A stretch of 64,000 bases of DNA, taken from contig NC_081359.1 in the NCBI RefSeq assembly GCF_030684315.1, positions 42,976,470 to 43,040,469 on the forward strand, read 5' to 3'. This document shows positions 24,479-35,180 of this stretch, in pieces (the first letter of the stretch is position 1; the number at the start of each line of letters is the position of its first letter). Source of the stretch: Stegostoma tigrinum (lineage: Eukaryota). The notes beneath the pieces are model-generated. The model made no database searches and was not told the DNA's origin. It worked only from the letters and a program-made list of their open reading frames with translations. The position numbers and the translations under genes are program-made.

Positions 24479-26204
24479 AAAAGCTAGAAAGCCCCATCCA
24501 CGTCTATCCAGAAACCCATCACTGTAATGAAGGAGGACCACTGTTTCTGCCAGGGTACTGCAGCAGATAGCTACAAACCAGATCAGTATCTTTCTTCACT
24601 TTCAATCAGTTAATAAGATGAAATACAGGATTTGGCAAATACTAAATGTTCATTTCCTTGGACCTCATGAAGCATGTCCCTACCTCTGAAGTGTCCGATG
24701 ATCTGTCCAGATATGTTGATTTAAAAATAATTAAAATTAATTCATAAATGTACATACAATGAGAAAGTCTATTATTCTTAAAAGATTTCAGAGGGAATAT
24801 CAAAGTTGTTTTGATTTTGAAGGACCAAGTTATAGCTTATCACATAGAGAATTTAGTTACTTTCTTTGATTCATATGGTGTAAGTCAGACCTTCTGCCCA
24901 GTTAACAAAAATACTCCAGTGTACTTTCAGACTGTGGCAGATAGTGTCTTAGGTATCAGCTGCATTCTGTTAACTCTTTTGAAGAGTTTTAGAGAGCCTT
25001 AACAATATGACATACATGCATATGTGTGCCTACATTAGGATAGACACAATCCACAAAATACAACAATTGAATGTCTGTAGAGGTACACAGTTCACATCTC
25101 CAAATAAGCAGGTTTACTGGATATGTGTAACAAGATAATCATGAAAGGAACAACAATCCTTTCAGATACCAGAAACCTTTAAATTAATGCGATAAAAAAG
25201 CTACTTGATCTTTTGATCAGAAGGCATAGTCTAACTTTTGAGTAAATGAAACCAGCAGCCATGCTTTGCAACAGTACTTTTGATCTGAAATTGTAATACA
25301 ATATCTACAAAGTCCTTATTGATTTCAGCCACATTGTGTAATTAGTTTACCAAAAGAATACTCTTCAAATTGACATCTAATAACTCCAGTCTTAAATTAG
25401 TACCTGATGCATTGCATTAAACCCTTGGTTTATCTTGAAATTATGAATATCTTTGTTCCTCATGCTTCATTTCAGGTTTATCAAGTCATTTCTTTTTATT
25501 TGCATCTTCCATGCACCAAGGACACCTCATTTCACAGAACCTGTACCACTGATTTTGTAGTCTCATCAACATATTCTCCAAGGAGATGTAAGCTATATCT
25601 CAGTTTAGCATATTCAAGTCCACAATTAACAGTAAAGCTTTGAAAAGAATATCCATTGCTTATGATCAACTTCAACTGAGAAATGGACAAGACATCAGTA
25701 ACTCAATTTCACATTTGTATACCCACAGAGAAAAATGCAAATTATTCTTTCTGGAGGATTAGAAGATGTAAAGTACTAATTAAAGCAAGATTGCATTTTA
25801 ATAATGATTTGAAACATGAGAAAGTTCAACAAATTTTTAAAGGAAAATAAATTTGTCAATTATCTTATTGTGATTTGACATTAATCAAACAATGACAGAA
25901 GGGAATAACCAAGGTACTTGATTTTAAGTTCCACTCAAATACTGGCAGAAACACGAAAATATATATTAAATCTTGGCTTGATCAAGTAACTAATCACTTG
26001 AGTGAGACCTCACCTCAAATCCTTAGATCGGGGCAATCACCATAATGAAGGCAGGCAGCCACCACCCCCATAAACATTACTTGGATAGTGGGCTTTCTAA
26101 TTATCCTGAAAATTTGGATATGCTACCCACATGTTGACACTTGAGAATTCTGCTACTGATTTTAAGTTACAATTAACTATTCAATAATAAGTTTCTTTGG
26201 GTGG

Positions 26205-26420
26205 AACTTAAGAACTTGGAGCAGGTATACATAATTCAGCCTCTCGAGCCTGCTATCCCATTTAATACCATCATGGCTGATCTCATCTTGGCCTCAACTT
26301 CACTTTCCTTCCCGCTCTCCATAACCTGTCATTAATTAAAAATCTGTCCAACACATCCTTAAATTTATTGGGTACCTTGGTCTCCACCATACTCTGGGAT
26401 AGTAAATTCCACAGATTGCA
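26205..26420 (-). mobile_element. CR1-type LINE 3' tail
   Basis: aagaacttggagcagg..attcagcctctcgagcctgct..tcatggctgatct, as at 12340 and 53820. Confidence 0.7.
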
Positions 26421-27265
26421 AAAAACAATTCACTGAGATAATAGTTAGTTAAGATGCAAATCAGACAGTCTGTTAGCATGTCGCAATACGTAATGGTCAC
26501 ACCATACAGTTCTTGTGCTGAAAATTTGGATCTGGCAAATTTGCTTTACTAAATATGAACAAAAAATGAAACATGAAGAAACACAAAGCAGTCAAAGTTT
26601 TAAAGTGAGCACTGCAAGGACTTTGACTGGGATAAAAGGCCTTATTTTTGGCCCAGGATTGAGGGTATAGTATGGGATTTAAAAATGACCATCTCTTTTT
26701 CCAATTTTTGATCAGGGACAATAGGCTGCATTGGGAGAACAGTCAGATTACCTACAAAGAGTGGCAGATGCTGGCAGCTTCTGATACATATTGGGCAGAT
26801 AGCCTGCCCAGGAACTCTGGCACTGTGTTCAACGTTTGAACCTAAAAATATCTCCTGCTGTAACTCCCTCACTCCCATTTCTCTCTGTGTCCTATTTATA
26901 CCAAACCATGCCATCCATGACCCTGTACATATTTCTACAATCCCCATACACCAATGCCGAACTATGCCCTCATTCATGACCCATTATACCCCCTGCTAAT
27001 CTATCCACCTGTCTCCATCCCATTGCTTGCCAAAATCCCAGTGACATCCTATGCACATATTACAATTTTCCATGGCCTTGCAACCATGCTGTGGTCCAAA
27101 TCATTCCATGGGCCTTTATAGCTCCTATTCCTAGTAGGGGGAGGTGACCATAAAAATGAATCTTATTATATAATTTTGGAAGTCAGCAACTCAAATTCAG
27201 TAATGGCTGTGGTCAAGGGGAGTACTGAAATATGTAGCACCTTTGAAAAAAAAACTATACATTTT

Positions 27266-27705
27266 TGAGATAACAACGTGTAGAGCTGGATGAACACAGC
27301 AGGCCAAGCAGCATCAGAGGAGCAGGAGGACTGATGTTTCAGGCCTAGACCCTCCTTCAGAATTTTTTTTTCAGATTTTTTTCTGAAGAAGGGTCTAGGC
27401 CGAAAACATCAGCCTTCCTGCTCCTCTAATGCTGCTTGACACTTTTCTGCCAATCACAACAGTTTAATGATTCAGATCTGTACTCAGCTCATGAAGCACT
27501 TGCTTGGCTGTTTTCAGAGTGTTTGAAGAAATACAAATGATAAAGACATGAAGAAACAATTCAATACGCTAGGGAGCACTATTGTTACTTCTGCACTGAG
27601 GCATAAATAGAATTTCTCCCAGACTCAGAAGTAAAGGTGCTGTGTTCATCCAGTTCTACACGTTGTTATCTCAAATTCTCCAGCATCTGCAGTTCCTAAT
27701 ATCCT
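27266..27705. mobile_element. Miniature fold-back PLE (two inverted hammerhead-bearing terminal repeats) with a 200-bp captured insert
   Basis: Left arm 27266-27362 is the inverse of 27381-27438 plus 27639-27672. The tail runs to 27705. TSD tatacatttttgaga at 27256-27270 and 27706-27720. Confidence 0.9.
27439..27638 (+). repeat. 200-bp direct copy of 28538-28737
   Basis: acacttttctgccaatcac..cagactcaga.gtaaaggt; I count 5 substitutions and no indels between the copies. Confidence 0.97.
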
Positions 27706-27751
27706 TATACATTTTTGAGACAGTTTCCTGACAGCTTTAGCAGTCCTAATC

Positions 27752-28070
27752 ATCATCGCAGTCATCAGTAGAGTGATAAAAGGTGTCACAACAGTGCTAT
27801 TAAGCAGCTTTTTTCCCACAATAATCGACTCACTCGTGTCCAGTTTCGGTTCTGCCAGGGCCACTCAGTTGACAATCACATTTCAGCCTTGATCAAAACA
27901 TGGACAACGGAGCTGCACTCTAGAATTGAGGTCAGAGTGATTGTTCTTGATATCAAGACTGCATTTGACAGGCTGTGACATCAAGGTTAAAACTGAAGTC
28001 AGTGTAAATCCAAAGAATACTCTCCTTGGCTGGAGTCATACATGGTACATTGAAAAGATGTTCATAGCAC
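27752..28070 (+). mobile_element. LINE family B RT fragment
   Basis: Reads VISRVIKG..QFRFCQGHS..ALIKTWTTELHSRIEVRVIVLDIKTAFDR (non-LTR RT motifs QxGF and LDxxxAFD). Confidence 0.8.
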
Positions 28071-28537
28071 ATGGAGAGACTTTTCACAACCCAAAGGAGT
28101 GCCTTACCTCCCCAAAAGATGCCTTGACACCAGAGGGGGTGTGCTGCTTCTCCAAAAGGGTACTATGCCAGTCAAAAAGAAACATACTCAGAACAGGCCT
28201 GCTATTACCAAATTGAATCTACAAGTTCAGGGTCATTGGAAGCAGCTGATGTGTAAATGGTGTACATCCTCCAGGAAATGCATTTGTGCATAACATGTGC
28301 AGCCCCCAAACCTGGTGTGGGAAAATGAGAGGTGCCATGATAAGGAGTGGGATCGGGTCATTCCCAACTCCTTCTGGCATTACAGTCCAAAGGAAAATGT
28401 GAGCTCATGTTTGGAAAGCCAGAGAACTCATTTTATTCAAGCCAAATTTATGGAGAAGTGCGATGAATAGCGTAATTTGTAAATGAATACAAGTGTGACT
28501 GGTTGCATTGAATCTGTTCATAACTTGTTCAGTTTGC

Positions 28538-28737
28538 ACACTTTTCTGCCAATCACAATAGTTTAATGATTCAGATCTGTACTCAGCTCATGAAGCATTT
28601 GCTTGGCTGTTTTCAGAGTGTTTGAAGAAATACAAATGATAAAGACATGAAGAAACAATTCGATACGCTAGGGAGCACTATTGTTACTTCTGCACTGAGG
28701 CATAAATAGAGTTTCTCCCAGACTCAGAGGTAAAGGT
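28538..28737 (+). repeat. Donor copy of the 200-bp duplication
   Basis: Near-identical to 27439-27638 but not interrupting any recognisable element. Confidence 0.95.
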
Positions 28738-28839
28738 AATCCACCAGAAATTAGTATCAAAAAAGAGAGTGATGGTCCAATGAATTAAAATGTGGCCCAT
28801 TATATATGGTGCCTGTTTCAAAACCAGCTCAATTAAGTT

Positions 28840-29282
28840 CAATATCTCCTCAGTTTCCTAACTCCCACATTCTACCTCTCAGAAACTTGAGGTAATTTAA
28901 AATTGCCAGTGCTTACAGAACTGATCCCAGTTGAGCAACATCTTGCTTTTAAAAATTCTGATCTTTGTATCCAAATCCCTCCCTATCTCTTTACTGTAAC
29001 CCTGCTTCCCTCAAAATCTGGCATGTGTCACCCTCGTTTTAATTACTTCACCATTGGTGACCTTGCCTACATTTGCTTCGATGCAGTTTCCAAAAGTATC
29101 TCCCTCATCCCCTCAATCACACATTCCTCTTGGAGACAGTCCTTAAAATTTGCCTCTTTGACCAGGTTTTTGTCATTTGGACAAGAGTATCCTTTCATGG
29201 ATCGGCTTTTTTTTAAAATATAAAGCTCCTGTGAAGCACTTTTGGATGTTTCATTCTGTTAGAAGCACAATATAAATATTTT
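28840..29282 (+). mobile_element. L2-type LINE 3' end
   Basis: PVEQHLAFKNSDL (compare L2 LPV..RI.FKIL) and tail cctgtgaagcacttttggatgtt..ttagaagcacaatataaat. Confidence 0.65.
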
Positions 29283-29554
29283 GTTGGAAAAGTAGCGGAA
29301 ATAACCCCTTAACATGACAATTCCATTGTTGATGTTTTCTGAATAATTAGCCCTCTTGATATTTTGTTGGCTGCTGCTTGTCCATTATGCTGAGAATTGA
29401 TCAAGAAAGTGCTCATGAATTATAGGTCAGGGTGATACGTGGGCTACATGTATTCCCTGACAGTGGATTGTATGAGGTAGGTACACTGGGTGATGGTAAC
29501 AAATTATCACTCATTTTCCCAACTAGATCTATCAATTTCAAGCGAATAAAAAAA

Positions 29555-30100
29555 ATTGAGAAGTCATGTTGCAGCAGTATAGAACTTTGTTAGGCCACAT
29601 TTTCAAATATTGTGCGTTTTGGATAGAGTGTAGAAATGGCTTATTAGGATGATGGCTAGTTTAAAGGGTATTAGCTGTGAGGAGAGACTGGACAAATTAG
29701 TTTATTTTCACTTAAATATCTAAGGATGGGGGATGACCTGATAAAAATCTACAGAATTGTGAGAGGCATGGATAGAATAGATAGTCAGAGTCTTTTTCCC
29801 CACAGTAGAATTGTCAATTGCAATAGGGGATATAGGTTTAAGTTAAAAATGGGTAATTTTAAAGGAAATCTAAGAGACAGTTTTTTTTTACACAGAAGGT
29901 ATTATGTGCCTAGGATGGGCTGCCAGAGCAGGCCATGTAGATAGAATGGCCACAGTTAAGAGACATCTTGACAGATATATGAAGAGGCAAGGAATAGAGG
30001 GATAATGACCAAAAAGAGGCAGAAAGTTTTTATTTAAAAAAGCGTCATGTATCGGCATGATCTTGGTGGGCCGAAAGGCTGTACTTTACTGTTCTCTGTC
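29555..30100 (+). mobile_element. CR1/HER1 LINE 3' fragment
   Basis: GDDLIKIYRIVRGMDRIDSQSLFP..RGYRFKL; tail gtgggccgaaaggctgtac. Confidence 0.85.
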
Positions 30101-30270
30101 CTTTGTATAAAATAGACAGCCAGCAACACACAAAATGCCAGTCAAGATTTAAAGCATGCTGTAAGGAAATTTATAAGGAAAGAGGATTCAGGTTAATTTG
30201 AGGCTAGTGGATTAGGTAAATGTGGAAAGAATCCAGGGTAGATAAAGAGATTTACTGTACAGGTGTTAAT

Positions 30271-30430
30271 ACAAGGAACAAAGAACAATACAGCACAGCA
30301 ACAGGTCCTTCGGCCCTCCAAGCCTGCGCTAACACGTTTTGCCCTTCCATACTAAAACTGGAATCTTAGCATACTGAAATACTCTTATAGGATCCATGTT
30401 CCTCTATTCTCTTCCTATTCATGTATTCTT
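30271..30430 (-). mobile_element. CR1-type 3' tail stub
   Basis: aacaaagaacaatacagcacagcaacaggtccttcggccctccaagcctg. Confidence 0.65.
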
Positions 30431-31655
30431 AATATGGCAGAGCAGCACGCAAACCCTCTGTATAGAAGCCAGTGAAATAAAAGACTGCTACGTTCAGGCA
30501 AGATTTTTGATCTACCCACCATTGTGCAGACTGGGTCACTGATAAAGTTGAGATCGACAACATGGCTGAGAAAGAGTCACACATACAGCTTAATAGTGAC
30601 TGAACAAAAGGTCAAAAAATACAGTCAAAACAGGAGAAAGCTGGTTTTGTAAGGCTGGATCAAATTGAAAAGCTGCAGGTAATTTTGACTTCAGATAATC
30701 ATATGGCTTGATTACCTATTTATTATTCCTGTCCTTCATTTAGTCTAGAAATCAGATGGAGAAAAAGATGTTTCATTTAGCAGACATAACTTTATAAATT
30801 TGCTATAGTTACGCCAGTTGGTGGATGCAATGTAATATGGAAAAATGTGAGATTGTGCTCATTAACAGGAAGCATTGAAAAGGTGAATATTATTTAAATA
30901 GAGAAAGACTGTGGCAAGTTAAAGAGTCAAGGGATTTGGGAGTCTTCATTGCTAGTTCATTGGATAACGAGGAAGGTAAATGGATTATTGGTCTTTATTT
31001 CAAAGGGAATGGGGTATAAAAATAAGGAGGTCTTGCTAAACCTATTCAAGACACAAGTCAGTTCTCACATAGAATATCTATAAACAGTTTTGGTCCCCTT
31101 ATTTAAGGGAAGTTATAGTGACATTGAAAGCAGTCCATAAGACTTGTTGGGCCAAAGGGCCTGTTTCCACACTTTAGGGGTCCTATGAATTTCTATGAAT
31201 AAATGATTCTGTAGCTTGATTCCAGGTACAGAGGCACTGTCTCACAAAGAGAGGTTGAGTAGGTTGGGCTTGTAATCACCAAAGTTCAGAAGAATGAGAG
31301 GAGACCTCGAAGACTTGACAGCATGTAGATTTGGAAAGGTTGTTTGCCCTTGTAGAAGAACCTAGGGACTAGAGGATATAATCTCAAAATAAGTAGTGGC
31401 AGGTTTAAGGCAGAGACGAGGAGGAATTTCTTCCCTCAGTACTGAACCTGTGTAGCTATTTACCACAAAGAGCTGTCAAGGCTGGACCATAAAGTACATT
31501 CAAGGCTGAGATAGACAGATTTTAATCAATTAGGGAATCAAGGGTTATGTGGACAAGAGATAATGGGAACAGCAGGTGCTGGAGAATCCAAGATAATAAA
31601 ATGTGAGGCTGGATGAACACAGCAGGCCAAGCAGCATCTCAGGAGCACAAAAGCT

Positions 31656-31683
31656 GACGTTTCGGGCCTAGACCCTTCATCAG
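31656..31683 (-). ncRNA. Minimal hammerhead ribozyme motif (PLE type)
   Basis: Minus strand CTGATGA-a-gggt ctag gccc-GAAAC-GTC: intact core, helix II and palindromic ACGT helix III. Confidence 0.75.
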
Positions 31684-32128
31684 AGAGGGGGATGGGGTGA
31701 GGGTTCTGGAATAAATAGGGAGAGAGGGGGAAGCGGACCGAAGATGGAGAGAAAAGAAGATAGGTGGAGAGAGTATAGGTGGGGAGGTAGGGAGGGGATA
31801 GGTCAGTCCAGGGAAGACGGACAGGTCAAGGAGGTGGGATGAGGTTAGTAGGTAGATGGGGGTGCGGCTTGGGGTGGGAGGAAGGGATGGGTGAGAGGAA
31901 GAACAGGTTAGGGAGGCAGAGACAGGTTGGACTGGTTTTGGGATGCAGTGGGTGGAGGGGAAGAGCTGGGCTGGTTGTGTGGTGCAGTGGGGGGAGGCGA
32001 CGAAGTGGGCTGGTTTAGGGATGCGGTGGGGGAAGGGGAGATTTCGAAACTGGTGAAGTCCACATTGATACCATTAGGCTGCAGGGTTCCCAAGCGGAAT
32101 ATGAGTTGTTGTTCCTGCAACCTTCGCT

Positions 32129-32214
32129 TGCTTTCCGGAGAGACCACTGTCTCCGTGACTCCCTTGTTCGCTGCTTTCCGGAGAGACGACTCTCTCCGTG
32201 ACTCCCTTGTTCGC
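32129..32214 (+). repeat. 43-bp tandem duplication at the PLE inversion junction
   Basis: tgctttccggagagac.act.tctccgtgactcccttgttcgc x2 (32129-32171, 32172-32214). Confidence 0.95.
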
Positions 32215-32793
32215 TCCACACTGCCCTCCAACCCCACCACACCCGGCACCTTCCCCTGCAACCGCAGGAAATGCTACACTTGCCCCCACACCTCCTCCCT
32301 CACCCCTATCCCAGGCCCCAAGATGACATTCCACATTAAGCAGAGGTTCACCTGCACATCTGCCAATGTGGTATACTGCATCCACTGTACCCGGTGTGGC
32401 TTCCTCTACATTGGGGAAACCAAGCGGAGGCTTGGGGACTGCTTTGCAGAACACCTCCGCTCAGTCCGCAACAAACAACTGCACCTCCCAGTCGCAAACC
32501 ATTTCCACTCCCCCTCCCATTCTTTAGATGACATGTCCATCATGGGCCTCCTGCAGTGCCACAATGATGCCACCCGAAGGTTGCAGGAACAGCAACTCAT
32601 ATTCCGCCTGGGAACCCTGCAGCCTAATGGTATCAATGTGGACTTCACCAGTTTCAAAATCTCCCCTTCCCCAACTGCATCCCTAAACCAGCCCAATTTG
32701 TCCCCTCCCCCCACTGCACCACACAACCAGCCCAGCTCTTCCCCTCCACCCACTGCATCCCAAAACCAGTCCAACCTGTCTCTGCCTCCCTAA
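32172..32793 (+). pseudogene. 5'-truncated PLE ORF: Zn-finger-like linker plus GIY-YIG endonuclease
   Basis: AFRRDDSLRDSLVRS..VVYCIHCTRCGFLYIGETKRRLGDCFAEH..ANHF..RLGTLQPNGIN. Open to the stop but with no native start. Confidence 0.9.
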
Positions 32794-33017
32794 CCGGTTC
32801 TTCCTCTCACCCATCCCTTCCTCCCACCCCAAGCCGCACCCCCATCTACCTACTAACCTCATCCCACCTCCTTGACCTGTCCGTCTTCCCTGGACTGACC
32901 TATCTCCTCCCTACCTCCCCACCTATACTCTCTCCACCTATCTTCTTTTCTCTCCATCTTCGGTCCGCCTCCCCCTCTCTCCCTATTTATTCCAGAACCC
33001 TCACCCCATCCCCCTCA

Positions 33018-33045
33018 CTGATGAAGGGTCTCGGCCCGAAACGTC
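33018..33045 (+). ncRNA. Minimal hammerhead ribozyme motif (PLE type)
   Basis: CTGATGA-a-gggt ctcg gccc-GAAAC-GTC. Confidence 0.75.
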
Positions 33046-33299
33046 AGCTTTTGTGCTCCTGAGATGCTGCTTGGCCTGCTGTGTTCATCCAGCCTCACAT
33101 TTTATTATTATGTGGACAAAGCAGGAAAGTGGGGTTGAGGATTATCAGATTAGCCAAGATCTCATTGAATGTCAGAGTAAACCAGATGGACCAAATGGCC
33201 TACTTATGTTCCTGTGTTTCATGGTTTTGTGGTCTATGTTAGGCTTGAAAGAATGCTGTTTGTATGGAGAAAGGGAAGCATTGAGGAGTTCAAGTTGAG

Positions 33300-35180
33300 A
33301 AACCATAGAGCCATACATGGAAACAGATCTTTCAGCTCAACTTGTCCATGCCCACCAATTTTCCCAAACAAAGCTAATCCCATTTGCTTGCATTTGGCCC
33401 ATATCCCTCTAAACGCTGTTCTCCAACCTTTCCAAAAGTCTTTTAAATGTTGCAACTGTACCTGCATCTACTAGTTCCTCTGGCTGTTCATCCCACAGAC
33501 TAACCACCTTCCGTGTGAAAAAGATGCCCCTCATTTTCCTTAAATATCTTTCTTGTTTCACTTTAAAAATATGCCCTCAAGTTTTGAACTCCCCTACCCT
33601 AGGGAAAAGAGCTTTGCTATTCACCTTATTTGTGCCCCTCATGATTTTATAAACCTCTCTAAGGTCATCTCTCAACTCCCTAAGCTCCAGTGAAAAAGAT
33701 CCCATCCTATCCGACATAATGGGAACTGCAGATGCTGGAGAATCCAAGATAATAAAATGTGAGGCTGGATGAACACAGCAGGCCAAGCAGCATCTCAGGA
33801 GCACAAAAGCTGACGTGTCGGGCCTAGACCCTTCATCAGAGAGGGGGATGAGGTGAGGGTTCTGGAATAAATAGGGAGAGAGGGGGAGGAGGACCGAAGA
33901 TGGAGAGAAAAGAAGATAGGTGGAGAGGAGAGTATAGGTGGGGAGGTAGGGAGGGGATAGGTCAGTCCAGGGAAGACGGACAGGTCAAGGAGGTGGGATG
34001 AGGTTAGTAGGTAGGAGATGGGGGTGCGGCTTGGGGTGGGAGGAAGGGATGGGTGAGAGGAAGAACAGGTTAGGGAGACAGAGACAGGTTGGACTGGTTT
34101 TGGGATGCAGTGGGTGGAGGGGAAGAGCTGGGCTGGTTGTGTGGTGCAGTGGGGGGAGGGGATGAACTGGGCTGGTTTAGGGATGCGGTGGGGGAAGGGG
34201 AGATTTTGAAGCTGGTGAAGTCCACATTGATACCATTAGGCTGCAGGGTTCCCAAGCGGAATATGAGTTGCTGTTCCTGCAACCTTCGGGTGGCATCATT
34301 GTGGCACTGCAGGAGGCCTATGATGGACATGTCATCTAAAGAATGGGAGGGGGAGTGGAAATGGTTTGCGACTGGGAGGTGCAGTTGTTTGTTGCGAACT
34401 GAGCGGAGGTGTTCTACAAAGTGGTCCCCAAGCCTCTGCTTGGTTTCCCCAATGTAGAGGAAGCCACACCGGGTACAGTGGATGCAGTATACCACATTGG
34501 CAGATGTGCAGGTGAACCTCTGCTTAATGTGGAATGTCATCTTGGGGCCTGGGATAGGGGTGAGGGAGGAGGTGTGGGGGCAAGTGTAGCATTTCCTGCG
34601 GTTGCAGGGGGAGGTGCCGGGTGTGGTGGGGTTGGAGGGCAGTGTGGAGCAAACAAGGGAATCACGGAGAGAGTGGTCTCTCCGGAAAGCAGACAGGGGT
34701 GGGGATGGAAAAATGTCTTGGGTGGTGGGGTCAGATTGTAGATGGCGGAAGTGTCGGAGGATGATGCGTTGTATCCGGAAGTTGGGGTGGTGTGTGAGAA
34801 CGAGGGGGATCCTCTTTGGGCGGTTGTGGCGGGGGCGAGGTGTGAGGGATGTGTTGCGGGAAATGTGGGAGACGCGGTCAAGGGCGTTCTCAATCACTGT
34901 GGGGGGAAAGTTGCGGTCCTTGAAGAACTTGGACATCTGGGATGTGTGGGAGTGGAATGTCTTATCGTGGGAGCAGATGCGGAGGAGGCGGAGGAATTGG
35001 GAATAGGGGATGGAATTTTTGCAGGAGGGTGGGTGGGAGGTGGTGTATTCTAGGTAGCTGTGTGAGTCGGTGGGCTTGAAATGGACATCAGTTACAAGCT
35101 GGTCGCCTGAGATGGAGACTATGCGACCTCTCCTTATAACTCAAACCTTCCAGTCCTGGCAACATACTTGTAAATCTTCA
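33300..35180 (-). mobile_element. CR1/HER1 LINE 3' fragment (33300-33715 plus 35121-35180) split by a PLE
   Basis: FSLELRELRDDLREVYKIMRGTNKVNSKALFPRVGEFKT. The sequence resumes at ctctccttataactcaaacc after the PLE. Confidence 0.85.
33716..35118 (-). mobile_element. Young 5'-truncated Neptune-type PLE (RT C-terminus, Cys linker, GIY-YIG endonuclease, terminal repeat)
   Basis: Frame open from about 35117 to 34070: TDVHFKPTDSHSYLEYTTSHPPSCKNSIPYSQFLRLLRICS..RIPLVLTHHP..CNRRKCYTC..VVYCIHC..LYIGET. Candidate TSD ctatccgac (33707-33715) / ctatgcgac (35119-35127). Confidence 0.95.

Larger units (their letters stand above)
31557..33107. mobile_element. Young Neptune-type Penelope-like element, fold-back (minus arm 31557-32126, plus arm 32127-33107)
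   Basis: The + arm encodes a Cys linker CNRRKCYTC..FTC and the GIY-YIG region NVVYCIHCTRCGFLYIGET. Inverted repeat 31593-32126 / 32575-33108. TSD ttatgtggacaa (31545-31556, 33108-33119). Confidence 0.95.
30815..33240 (+). mobile_element. CR1/HER1 LINE 3' fragment (30815-31556 plus 33108-33240) split by a PLE
   Basis: aataaggaggtcttgctaaacc..agaagaatgagaggagacct..ggaatcaagggttatgtggacaa [PLE] agcaggaaagtggggttgagg..ggaccaaatggcct. Confidence 0.85.

Noticed and set aside
26800-27120. C/A-rich quasi-periodic tract
   Set aside because: It looks like a decayed low-complexity repeat. I cannot define a unit or family.
28600-28740. Exon (tttcag acceptor, ag|gtaat donor) within the duplicated 200-mer
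   Set aside because: All three frames contain stops. A non-coding exon cannot be excluded without RNA data.
32660-32780. CRISPR-like array (39- and 43-bp repeats)
   Set aside because: Head-to-tail repeats with no unique spacers, inside a eukaryotic retroelement, and no cas genes.
31927-32793. 288-aa ORF as a novel chimeric gene
   Set aside because: The N-terminal ~66 aa are antisense PLE sequence fused by the inversion, and the start is a non-ATG codon. It is a by-product of the fold-back.
34089-35053. Several overlapping + strand ORFs
   Set aside because: Antisense shadows of the GC-rich PLE ORF.
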